A DNA stretch of 63,929 nt, the filler included, from Craspedostauros australis (taxonomy: Eukaryota), in NCBI GenBank assembly GCA_030167865.1. It is 21 parts of 21 records of this genome, joined end to end, with 100 filler letters (N's around TTAATTAATTAA, not from the genome) between each part and the next. Parts side by side here need not be neighbours in the genome. Positions count along the whole stretch, not along the records: positions 33,980 to 37,044 come from JALAGF010001328.1; positions 37,145 to 39,165 come from JALAGF010001329.1; positions 39,266 to 42,474 come from JALAGF010001330.1; positions 42,575 to 43,749 come from JALAGF010001331.1; positions 43,850 to 45,108 come from JALAGF010001332.1; positions 45,209 to 46,573 come from JALAGF010001333.1; 15 more parts are not named here. The stretch is one strand, 5' to 3'. A program made the translations under genes and the position numbers. Each line of letters opens with the position of its first letter. Positions within the stretch are counted from its first letter, which is position 1. Shown here piece after piece: positions 35,322-46,673 of this stretch. The notes beneath the pieces were generated by a model. The model had not been told where the DNA came from. It saw only the letters and a list, made by a program, of their open reading frames with translations, and ran no database searches.

Positions 35322-37044
35322 TTAGTGGTCCGCATCTGTCAACAATGAACAATTGTCGTCCATGGCACTTGCCATGTTGCCTCTGCTGCCCATCGCACCA
35401 TCCTTCGAAGTGTTTTCTGCTTGAGAGTCGCGTGCCTTCCTTGCCGCAACCAAGTCTGCAACAGAATCAACGGTCACATGACTTGGCGTTCGCTCCGATG
35501 TCATATCTTGGTTGATGCTCGATTGGTCATGATCTTGTGGCAAAGCAAAGGAGTTGACTTGACCTGTGAGACTGCTTTCCATCTTGATCTCATGCACGCG
35601 ATCTTCGTCAATGTAGTCGCCGTAGGCTTCACGGAAGATCCTGCATTTGGGAAGAGCGCCCCATTTCTCATAGAATCCCAACGCCTGGGTAAAATAGCTA
35701 CGGATGCGAGGGTCTTCTGGGTTACTGCTCTTCAACATGTACTTGCCTGCCAACTCGCATACAAGGCCTGCTTCGTGAAGGTGCTCTCCTTTCCGGGCTT
35801 GCTTGATGGCATCATTGTAGCAGGACTCCACTAGAGCAGGCTTGGTGCCTCCGACCTTGATTGCTTTCCATTCGGCACGAAGAATCAAGTACCGATGGAA
35901 CGCGCACATTCCTTTGGCTTCGCAGGTTTCCTTCAGCCGCCGCTTTTGCTGTCGCAACATCTTGAGATATTTTCGCTTCTTCGTTTGGTGATATCGGTGA
36001 GAGGCCATGACGCCACTGAGGATGGCGGAAGATGTGAAACGGTCAAAAGTAGGATCCGAAGTGGTGCTTGTCCTGAGCAGATGATTGACTTTCTCCGCGT
36101 GTCCAAACTTCCCGAAGTACACTGCGATGTGGAGTCTGCACCAATAGGCCAGAAATAGGTTGGATGTATCAGTCTGCTCATACTTGTCAGCGTCCATGAG
36201 TGCCTCCCAGTCCAACTTGAGAGTGCCGCGCATGTAGTGGGAGGTATTTGATAGTTCAGTGACCACCCCAATGCGCCCTTCATTTTTGTATATCTTCATG
36301 TGTTCGATGAGAGAGCTTGCGGCTGCTATCACCTCTGTGAGAGGCCGCCCGTCAAAGAATGAGGAGTATAGACTGCCCTCCTGCGCTAACTCACTGAGCT
36401 CAACGTCACCAACTGCCATGGCCGAGTCATAAGCATGTTGGAAGTCTTGCCTCAGTTGGTAGAAGGGTTTAGAGTATGGATCGATGAAAACAGCAGCGGC
36501 ATAGTAAATCCATCCTTCTGTCTTCGTGCCACGGTGTATCCGGCGTATAGTCTCTTTTGCAATCTTGGCGCATTTGTGAGCGTTCGCAAATTCACCCATC
36601 TTCATCTGGAGGATGGCAAAGCCATTCAAAGCACCAGCAGAATACTCACAGATACCATCCCTTTTAGTCATCTGTATCAGCAACAAGGTCGCCAACATCC
36701 ATGCCACCATCTCTTGACTCGAGTATGCTCGGATAGCAACCTCGTGCAATAGATTCATGGAGTGTATTGTGTGTGGATTGATTGTGATGGGATTTTGCTC
36801 GAAAAACTGCTCCATACTTGTCTTCTCCAAGTACGCTTTCACAGAAAAAAGCTGCGAAAAAGCGCGCAACACCAACCATCGCTTCGGATACTCCCCACAC
36901 AATTGAACACCCTGTTGGGCCAACTGCAAGCCTTTCATGTGCTCATTTTGCTTCCCCAATGCATTGGCCATCGCGATGTACGTAGGCAGCTTGTCATGGA
37001 TGGATTGGCCATGATCAAGCACCTCGTATCCCAACGAATACCCC
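35322..37044 (-). CDS. STAND-type ATPase family paralog 3, C-terminal helical-repeat half, 5'-partial
   Basis: DKLPTYIAMANALG, AMAVGDVE, HEAGLVCELAG and FYEKWGA align with paralog 2. Confidence 0.88.
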
Positions 37045-37144
37045 NNNNNNNNNNNNNNNNNNNNNNNNNNNNNNNNNNNNNNNNNNNNTTAATTAATTAA
37101 NNNNNNNNNNNNNNNNNNNNNNNNNNNNNNNNNNNNNNNNNNNN

Positions 37145-37813
37145 CTCCATGTACATCTCATCTTGCAGTATTGGTTCATCTCATCATGCATCTCATCATG
37201 CATCTCAGATATTCCATCTCCTGCCTTCTACCAATAGTTTCGTTAGCATAGACATTGCCAAGTCGTAGGCATCACACAGCTCGGTCCATTCGATCGGATC
37301 AGGGTCTCCGATTCGTCACGGGAGCACCCTGGATGGGAGTTCATTCAGATCCTCATCGTCACACATCTCCAATCATCTCCGATGCTTCTCCTGTCGTTTC
37401 TGCTGGTTTCTTCGCCGATCACTTCACCGGCTTCCTGGATGTTCCTCATCTCAGGTTCGTTCACAGGCCATCTTACACTTTGTGACATTGGCCTTCCTCC
37501 AGTACTCTTTTCTTATTGGTTGCGACATGGGGGCCGTAGTTGCTTGTATTGTGATGGTGGTCATGATTCCAACATCCCCGCCCCCTGCGACATACACGTG
37601 TGATTCGCATTCCTGCATTGAGGTCACGGACACCAACATCCGGTTCGCATTCGGCACGTGGCGTTCTCCACCGCAAGACACGTGCAGCTCACATTTTTCT
37701 GTGTCACAATGATCAAAGGTGGGAGTTGCGACAATGTAGCATATCATAACATTCGACTCCTTACTCTTGGGAGGTGCGGCAATTCAGTGTTTCACAACAC
37801 CCGATTCCTGACA
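37145..37813. mobile_element. LTR-like repeat family B, copy 1 (one end)
   Basis: Near-identical to 39266-39983. Shared sequence ends at CCCGATTCCTGACA. Confidence 0.8.
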
Positions 37814-38244
37814 GATGTCATAGCCTGCTTGGTTGGTGATTAGTGATGGCCTCCTCATATGTGCCCCACAGTTCTCGACGAGACGCCCGAAGATGGGAAC
37901 TTTTTGGCACAGAACCTTCCTTGTCATTCTTCGTGACTGTACCCGTAGCTCGTACCTACTGAGAGCACAATCACACTTCGCACGAGACCGCGAAGTGTCG
38001 ATCTTTATACGTACATACTCTTGGAGTAGCCAGAGTGAAGCGATCTGACACCATCTACGGTTTTAGTTTCCGCGACCGGTATCTCCCGTGACTGGTTTCC
38101 CGCTGTACTATATTTTGGCCCGGACGCGATTTCGAACCCGAAGCTGGTCTCCGTGCCGATCTCATAAAATCGGGAGCTCCGGCCTCAATCACAGCAACAC
38201 ATACATCGAGATAAACACACAACAAGCAAGCAAACCACAAAAAC

Positions 38245-39165
38245 ATGCGCAAGGTACTGATTGGCAACCGTGCCGCCTGCGCGGTTGCTCTGGCTCTGAC
38301 CATGAATCTTCTTACCATCATTCGGTCGCCAGTCCGATGTGTGAACTTGATGACTGGCACCAGCATCGAAGCACAGTTGGACAAACTCATGGCCAACGGC
38401 ATCGCGTTCGATAACATTGTTGCCAATCGCGACAGCACCACTGGAAGTGCCATCAATCACACCATCACAAGTGGACCACGCACTGCTTTGGAAGATGCAG
38501 TGCCTCCGTCAGCAACACCAGTGGCAGCAACTGCATCAGCTGTGCCCACTCCAGCAGAGCCAACAACGACCGCAACGAAAGCAATAGAGACAGCATCCGC
38601 CACCACCACAAGTGCGAACAAGATCCAACCGCCACCTTCACTTGATCTCCCAGTAAGCAAGACATCCTCTGCTTGCCTCATGTGGATGGACGACTCACAA
38701 CGACTTGTCGAATGGATTGCATACCACTACTTCACATTCTCTTTGCGCACTCTCGTCATCCTTCGTGATCCTAAAAGTACACAAGACCTTCAACCGCTGA
38801 TTGCACGATGGGAGGGCCTGATGAATATTACGGTGTGGCACCATATTGATGATTTTGGCAGAGACGCGAAAAACAAAGCAGCTATATTGAGGTGGAAGGA
38901 CAAGTTGCCTGGGATTGCTAAGCCAGAAGAAGCAGCCAACATGGCATACAAGATACACAAGGCGAATCAAAGAGAGTTCTACCGTGGGTGCTCCATGCAT
39001 CTCCAGGAACGCAACCGCACATGGTCATTCTTCATTGACACAGACGAGATCATCGTCTTGAACAGCAACACAGTTCCCAATGCATCCGAAAGGATGGCTG
39101 AGCCAGGGAGCCTCTTCAACGCTCTCCAACAGGTCCAGCATCACAACATCACGAATGGAGCAAGC
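38245..39165 (+). CDS. Glycosyltransferase-like protein (GT92/GT2_4-like), type II membrane, 3'-partial
   Basis: TM anchor, T/A/P-rich stem, SACL..DD..RLVEWIAYHY, Q..FY..C and W..FIDTDE (DxD). Confidence 0.75.
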
Positions 39166-39265
39166 NNNNNNNNNNNNNNNNNNNNNNNNNNNNNNNNNNN
39201 NNNNNNNNNTTAATTAATTAANNNNNNNNNNNNNNNNNNNNNNNNNNNNNNNNNNNNNNNNNNNN

Positions 39266-39983
39266 CTCCATGTACATCTCATCTTGCAGTATTGGTTCAT
39301 CTCATCATGCATCTCATCATGCATCTCAGATATTCCATCTCCTGCCTTCTACCAATAGTTTCGTTAGCATAGACATTGCCAAGTCGTAGGCATCACACAG
39401 CTCGGTCCATTCGATCGGATCAGGGTCTCCGATTCGTCACGGGAGCACCCTGGATGGGAGTTCATTCAGATCCTCATCGTCACACATCTCCAATCATCTC
39501 CGATGCTTCTCCTGTCGTTTCTGCTGGTTTCTTCGCCGATCACTTCACCGGCTTCCTGGATGTTCCTCATCTCAGGTTCGTTCACAGGCCATCTTACACT
39601 TTGTGACATTGGCCTTCCTCCAGTACTCTTTTCTTATTGGTTGCGACATGGGGGCCGTAGTTGCTTGTATTGTGATGGTGGTCATGATTCCAACATCCCC
39701 GCCCCCTGCGACATACACGTGTGATTGGCATTCCTGCATTGAGGTCACGGACACCAACATCCGGTTCGCATTCGGCACGTGGCGTTCTCCACCACAAGAC
39801 ACGTGTAGCTCACATTTTTCTGTGTCACAAAGATCCACAGGTGGGAGTTGCAGTAATATACAATTTCACAACGCTCAACTCCACACTCTTGGGAGGTGCG
39901 GTAATATATAAATTCACCATGCTCAACTCCACACTCTTGGGAGGTGCGGCAATTCGGTGTTTCACAACACCCGATTCCTGACA
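39266..39983. mobile_element. LTR-like repeat family B, copy 2
   Basis: As copy 1, plus a 49-bp internal duplication at about 39852-39949. Confidence 0.8.
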
Positions 39984-40448
39984 GCTATTGTCGTTGTCTG
40001 TGGAGGTGTTTTTGTTGGTGTGTTCAATTCTGCACACATTGTCGTGACACGATGCTTTGGCAAAATCAAGCAACACACCAAGACGAAAAGCTGTTGACGG
40101 ATCTTCGCGAAAGCGTCCCCCCTGTGTACCCCTTGTGTACCTCTGTGTCCCCCCTGTGTACCCCTCCTGTCTTCCTTGCATAAACCCGAACATGGTAAGA
40201 CTTGGTACTCAAATCGTGTAGATTTCTACACACAATCATACGTCAGTGGACAAGACGGAATTGACATAATCGAAACGTGTTACACAAGACATACATAGGA
40301 CGCAACATCATGACGCACCCATACGCGAACGATACATCTGTTTGGATCGGTACTATAAATGAGAATTTGTCGCAGTATCTAAATACTACTATACTATGTT
40401 GTATGGCATTATATATATTTTCTTGTACGACAAAGAAACGTATAATAC

Positions 40449-40603
40449 TATATCCGTAAAGAATTTTTTGTGTGGGCGTTTTCGTAAGTGGACTGGTGAG
40501 TCCACTTACGACTCCTGTGCACGAAATAGAAAAATAAGTGGACTCATGAGTCCACTTACGGCTAAGTGGATTCACCAGTCCCGAAAAATTCCTTACGGAT
40601 ATA
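40449..40603. mobile_element. About 155-bp MITE-like element with 20-bp terminal inverted repeats and internal palindromes
   Basis: TATATCCGTAAAGAATTTTT (40449) and AAAAATTCCTTACGGATATA (40584-40603) differ by 1 mismatch as inverted repeats, with TA at both outer ends. Confidence 0.75.
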
Positions 40604-41196
40604 TTTGTACGAACAAACCTCCCACGAACCAGCGACCATGCAAAGTCGCAAATTTCCGCAGCCAAAGTCGAAGGGCGGTAACCAGGCGCGTCCGGCGCGC
40701 AATCTCAACGAAAAGCGGGAACTACGAAAACAAAACACGACTCGGTGAATCTCAATCACGAGTAATATGAGTCGTGTGTAGACAAATTACCTTGTTCCCC
40801 AGAGGGCCGATCTTGCTTTGAAGGAAGGTGCGCTAAGAACACCGTGAAACAAAACTCACCATGGTTATCAACGGTCGCAAAGGCGAACGCAAAACTAGGA
40901 AACGCAACAGACAGAGCAGGCAATCCGAACGGCGTCTGCCACATCTCATATTCGCACCCCGCTGCACCCTCCCATTCTTGAACATTGCAGACAGAGGAAC
41001 AACTCCTTCATCACACTCTACCATACCAGACGACCCTCCTCAACAGACACAAGAGAGCCACTCGGGCACTCAAGCAATCATCGAAGTAGTCATTGGACAA
41101 GTCATCGAAATATTCATTGAAGTGGCCATCGAAGCAACCGATCGAGCGTTCACCCCAGTTAACCAACGACCGAAGCAACCGTTGAATCAAGCAATC

Positions 41197-42474
41197 ATGG
41201 CGCCAGCATCAAAAGTAGCAGCCCTGCAGAGATCCGGCCGCTTTTGGTTCTTTGTGGCCGTGATGGGAGGCTTCCTCCTCTCATCGCACTCGCAACAGAA
41301 CATGCTCAATGTCACATTACAAACAGCAATGGAGACATACTCGTCCTGTGGCTTTCAGTCCATCGCGGCAGAAGCAAAGGAACAAGTCGACGAGATCGTG
41401 CAAGTGCAAGTGGAAGAGGCCAACGTGGAAGAAGCCAACGTGGAGGAAGAATCCAACGTGGAGGAACAAGCCAACGTGGAAGAAGTCGAGGAGGAACAAG
41501 CCACCACGGAAGAAGCCACCACGGAAGAAAGCGAGAATCCAATCGACACCACCCTCATCATCATCACCTCGCTGATTCCCACGCATCCATCGTTGCGCAT
41601 CATCAACCAAACCATCGCGTCGCTTCAGCTCTTGCAAGGCCTGCCCAGAAACTCGCCATTGTTCATTGCCATTGACAAACCGTCCAAGGAAAAGCAGCCG
41701 GGAGACCTCGATCGGTTGCGACAGTACATCGACAACCTTAATCGGACGTACGGCATTCTCGATCACGTCACGCTCATCGAGGCGACGGAACACGTCGGCA
41801 TCTCGGGCAACATCAAGCAGGCGCTCGATCGGGTACAGACCAAGTACCTCTACGTGATTCAGCATGATTTTGCGTTCGCCCGACCTATCAACCACACAGG
41901 GACGATTCAGGCCATGGAGCAGTATCCCAAAGACATGCGCATCGTGCGTTTCAACAAACGTTCCAACTTCCCGGCCGGAGTGGACAAGGGAGATTGCTTC
42001 GCGATGGAGACGCCTGTGGACAACGCCAACGGATTGCATTTCACCAAAACGCAGGGGTGGTCGGATAAGTGAGTCATGTCGTATGAATCTGCATTTTTAT
42101 GCATGTGCACGGTGGATGTGGACGTGAATAACTGGATGCACCGTGGATGCAACTCAGTTGCCAAGGTGGGACTACAATGGTTGCGACTTTCAATGGGCGG
42201 ATTTTCTTCATTGCATCTCACAACAATCCTTTCCTCATGTCTCGCTATTCGCATCAATGTCGCTATTCGAACCTGCAGCAATCATCTCACCACGAAAGAA
42301 TACTACGGGGACGCATTCGGTTTCTTCTACAAATTCTTCTCTGATAAGGGCAAAAAGATCAACTATGGAAGACCGATGGAGTGGGTGATGATGCCAGTGG
42401 CGGCAGACAATTGCACCGTGTGGGGACCGCATCTGTATGGTGCGAAGGGAGAACCACCGACTCTCCTGCATCTC
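41197..42474 (+). CDS. Glycosyltransferase-like (GT-A/GT2-like) type II membrane protein; exons 41197-42068 and 42279-42474, 3'-partial
   Basis: TM helix, acidic EEANV-repeat stem, TLIIITSLIPTHPS, V.TKYLYVIQHD. GTGAG..CTGCAG intron restores WSD-N-NHL in frame. Confidence 0.75.
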
Positions 42475-42574
42475 NNNNNNNNNNNNNNNNNNNNNNNNNN
42501 NNNNNNNNNNNNNNNNNNTTAATTAATTAANNNNNNNNNNNNNNNNNNNNNNNNNNNNNNNNNNNNNNNNNNNN

Positions 42575-43749
42575 TATGCAGCGACGGCCAAGACGACGCA
42601 CCCACGGGCATGGGAGAACAAGACCAACAAACCGACGCGACCCACCGGGATCCCCAATGCAGGGGAGGCAAAGAACACAGGGCCCATCACCCGATCCCAG
42701 ACGCTGACCAAACGGACAGCGCAGGCACCCACGACGGGTGACACCAAGAAGGACAAACCGCAAACGAACCGCGATACGCCAGACAGGGGAGATCCTGACC
42801 CAGGGTCTTCGTACCTTCCGTGTTCGTCGGGACCACCATCATACCAACGCATGGATGACGGCCCCGAAGAAAGGGGAGGGAATAAGAGGACCAAGCAAAA
42901 CAAACGATCTGTTTTGTCAACAGGTACCAAGAAAGGCATCCCATGGAAGAACATCGTCCATGGAACGATCAGATCCATAATCCAGACCATCGCAGCGGAT
43001 CCAGTCACGACAGGCGTGAACACCGTGCCACCGCAAAGGGTACCCACCCTAACAAACCATCCAGGGAACCCGAGGCAGAACCCACCAGGGTGCAACACGA
43101 ATCTCCCATGGGACACGACATCCATCTCCTTCGCCTGCAACCTGACGGCAACAGAAGTCAACCAACTCGCATACCTGGCCCAATGTGACCAGTACACCGA
43201 AAGAGACAACTTCATCCTCGATGGAAGGAACCTCAACTGGAAGGCAAAGAGAATCACTCGCCACCACCACGAGACACGAGAGGACGGAACTACCGAAGCA
43301 ATCCTAGAGATCCTATGGATGAATGGAATGCGATCATGGTGCAGGATGGGAGACCTAAGGGCCCAACAGCCGGACATCATCATCGAATACACCGAGCAGA
43401 ACCGCCTACAGGACCAGAAAGGNNNNNNNNNNNNNNNNNNNNNNNNNNNNNNNNNNNNNNNNNNNNNNNNNNNNNNNNNNNNNNNNNNNNNNNNNNNNNN
43501 NNNNNNNNNNNNNNNNNNNNNNNNNNNNNNNNNNNNNNNNNNNNNNNNNNNNNNNNNNNNNNNNGACAGGCTCAACGGAAACGGACTCTGGAGCGAAGCT
43601 ATCAACAAGGAACTGGACCAGATCAAACGGTTGGGGACCTTCAGACAACCAAGACCGAATGAAGTACTCGATGGGTACACCAAGATCCCATACCACATCG
43701 TCTACGACGTGAAGTTCGACCTACGTCGAAAGGCAAGATTGGTGGCAAA
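42575..43749 (+). mobile_element. Ty1/copia (CoDi-like) pol fragment: chromo-like module and RT N-terminus
   Basis: KRITRHH..LEILWMNGMRSW..DLRAQQPDIIIEY..NGNGLWSEAINKEL..IPYHIVYDVKFDLRRKARLVA. Confidence 0.9.
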
Positions 43750-43849
43750 NNNNNNNNNNNNNNNNNNNNNNNNNNNNNNNNNNNNNNNNNNNNTTAATTA
43801 ATTAANNNNNNNNNNNNNNNNNNNNNNNNNNNNNNNNNNNNNNNNNNNN

Positions 43850-44225
43850 CTCGTCCATGCACTCACTCAGCATCACATCCTCATCAACTCGAGCAGCCAT
43901 CCACACCAACTGAAGCAGCCGCCCTCGTCCGAGTATGCACACAGAACGCCATCCTCAGCAACTGGAGCAACCATCCACACCAACTGNNNNNNNNNNNNNN
44001 NNNNNNNNNNNNNNNNNNNNNNNNNNNNNNNNNNNNNNNNNNNNCCATCCACACCAACTGAAGCAGTCGCCCTCGTCCATGCACTCACTCAGCATCACAT
44101 CCTCATCAACTGGAGCAGCCATCCACACCAACTGGAGCAGTCGCCCTCGTCCGAGCATGCACACAGAATGCCATCCTCAGCAACTGGAGCAGCCATCCAC
44201 ACCAACTGGAGCAGTCACACTCGCT
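43850..44225 (+). repeat. 74-bp tandem array with two unit variants
   Basis: Units start CTCGTCC at 43850 (A), 43924 (B), 44072 (A) and 44146 (B). One unit lies in the N gap. Confidence 0.85.
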
Positions 44226-44633
44226 CCTGCACCCACACAGCATCACATCCACATATAAAGGTGGCCATTCACTGAAATAGTACATCTATTCGTTACAACG
44301 TAATATCATCTTCTTGTCATGTTTTTCATCATGTCTTGTGATACCATTGTTTGTTTTTTGGTTTGGTGTGGCAAGTGTTTCATTTTTTGCTTTCCGTGAG
44401 GAGTAGAGAGTTGTGTTGTGTTGGATCCCCTTCGGGGCGATCCCATTTTTTTCATTGAGATGTTGCGATGGATTGTTTCCAATTTGCTCAAATTGTTTTC
44501 CTGATCATGAGATGCTCTATAGTAACCTTGCGATTTTTTTCGCTACTTTGCGTTTACAAATTGTATTTGTTGTTTTCTTTGTTTTCTCGAGTTTATAATT
44601 CTTACGATCTCAGTCGAGAGCATTTGGTTCATC

Positions 44634-44778
44634 TGCCTTTCACGTGTATTCACGTGTTAATTTTTATTTTTGTGTTATGCTTTCGCGTGTATCCACGTGT
44701 TAGTTTTGATTTTTGTGGTATGCCTTTCGCGTGTATTCACGTGTTAATTTCATTTCCGTAGTTTGCCTTTCGCGTTCA
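44634..44778 (+). repeat. About 43-bp degenerate repeat TGCCTTTCGCGTGTATTCACGTGTTAATTT x3-4
   Basis: Copies near 44634, 44678, 44721 and 44764. Confidence 0.75.
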
Positions 44779-45208
44779 TAATCCGTTTGATTTTCGTGTC
44801 ATTGTCTNNCTTCTGGCACAGATCTGTTGCATCTGCGTAGGTGAGCTGATATGCTATTGATGCTGCTTTTCCCTACTGCTGGCTTTGATCTCTCTAGAGT
44901 GCTCTCAGGTTGTGCGGTGTCGTTTCTTGCTGCGAGCCTTCTCTTCAGCAGCAAATCGAGCTGCTGCTCGTTTCTTCATCTCTGCTGCTGTCTTCCTTTC
45001 GTCTGCCTCTTGCCTTGCTTGGGATTCTTCTTCGCCCTGTTCGTCTTCTCCACCCTCTTGAGTTACTTGTGCTACTGCTGCGACTGCTGCTGCTGCTGCT
45101 GCTGCTGCNNNNNNNNNNNNNNNNNNNNNNNNNNNNNNNNNNNNNNNNNNNNTTAATTAATTAANNNNNNNNNNNNNNNNNNNNNNNNNNNNNNNNNNNN
45201 NNNNNNNN

Positions 45209-46573
45209 GAGTTCGACCAGGTGGTTTTGCCTGGCCTGCTTGTGCTCCTTCTTCAGCCGGTAGTAGGCTTTATAGGCCTCCGCTTGGGCTTGCAAGGCCG
45301 CTTCCAGGGACTCAGCCCCCTCGCTACCGGCCTGCAGCCGAAGGCGAGCTCTGAGAGACGAGCTTGTCTTCACCCCTCGCCAGTGTTTCACCTCAATGGA
45401 CCAGTGCCGCACCTGGTGTCGGGCGGTCTGCATCTCGGGTGACCAGGCAACTTCTCCCATGGTCAACTTCCGACTACGCTTTTCAGCATATCGTCTGATT
45501 TGGTAGATCTGGGTCATCAGTCCATTGAAGGCCCGTCGTTGGGCGGGGGTTATTTGCCATCCCTGTGCCTTGGCTTTGGTGAACAGATGCATGGCCTGCT
45601 GGTGCACGTTGTGTTTCCCGTACTCTTGAAGGACCATCTCGTTGTACCTGCGTACCACATTGGGGTTGCTAAGCACCAGCCGTCTTGGCGAAGTGGACTT
45701 CACTCGTTGGACCCCAATCCCCAGTAACTGGCGAAAGCTGAGGTCCACCCAGATCGCCCTGTGGTCTGAAGGAATGGCCTCACCGAACCCTGAGTAGCCT
45801 GCGCGCACGATCTCGACACCTTCCGACACGTAAATCGCGTCGATGGGCGTGTTGGTTTGGTTCCGCTGTTGTGTGGCCCTTCTGGCGCCGTCACCGATGC
45901 GTTCCAAGACTGCGTTCTTCAATCCGACGGTCATGAGGGCCTGAGCTGTGCTCCCTTCGTCCGTGTCTTCATTTAGATCGACTCCAAGAACTATCGAGTC
46001 ACCTGCCACCGTCCATTCTCTCACTTGGCCTTGGAGATCCTTTATCCACGCTTCATGTGGGTCCTCGGTTCTGCCTTGAGCTTGTAGTGCGCGTGCTTGT
46101 TGGTTCCACACTGTGGTGTCCCCTGAGGTGGACTTGCAGGGCCTGTAGGCCGCAATTACTCTCACCGTCTTGCCCCGCTTGCCTTCCACTTTGGACCATG
46201 ACCATCTCCCCAACCCCGTGGTGTCCACGCCGAAGTTGAATGTTCTTGCAGACAACTGTTCGGTCAGAACAACGCCCGTTCCTCCGTAGAGACATGGCTC
46301 TCGGCCTGACTCATGTAGGTTGTACGAGAATACGTGTTTAGATCGCTTGATCTTCCCACGAACCCTTTCCTCCCATTGGTCGGCGGGCTGAACGTGGTTC
46401 CATCGCAGGTTGGTCTCCGCCATTGTCAGAACATCCAACTGGGACCGCCGTATGAATTCGATGATCTCCTCGTTCTTCTGTTGGTATGTGTGTTGAGGGA
46501 TTTGAGACGCATTCTGGAAGACCACTCTGATTTCGTTGTCGGTCTTCGTGTTCATCACATCTCCGCAAGCATC
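45209..46573 (-). mobile_element. Non-LTR retrotransposon (LINE, Ambal-like) APE endonuclease domain, partial
   Basis: RVVFQN..DVLTMAETN..GGTG..LGRWSW..IAAYRPC..LGVDLNE..PIDAIY..SDHR are the EEP catalytic motifs. Frame is open. Confidence 0.9.
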
Positions 46574-46673
46574 NNNNNNNNNNNNNNNNNNNNNNNNNNN
46601 NNNNNNNNNNNNNNNNNTTAATTAATTAANNNNNNNNNNNNNNNNNNNNNNNNNNNNNNNNNNNNNNNNNNNN

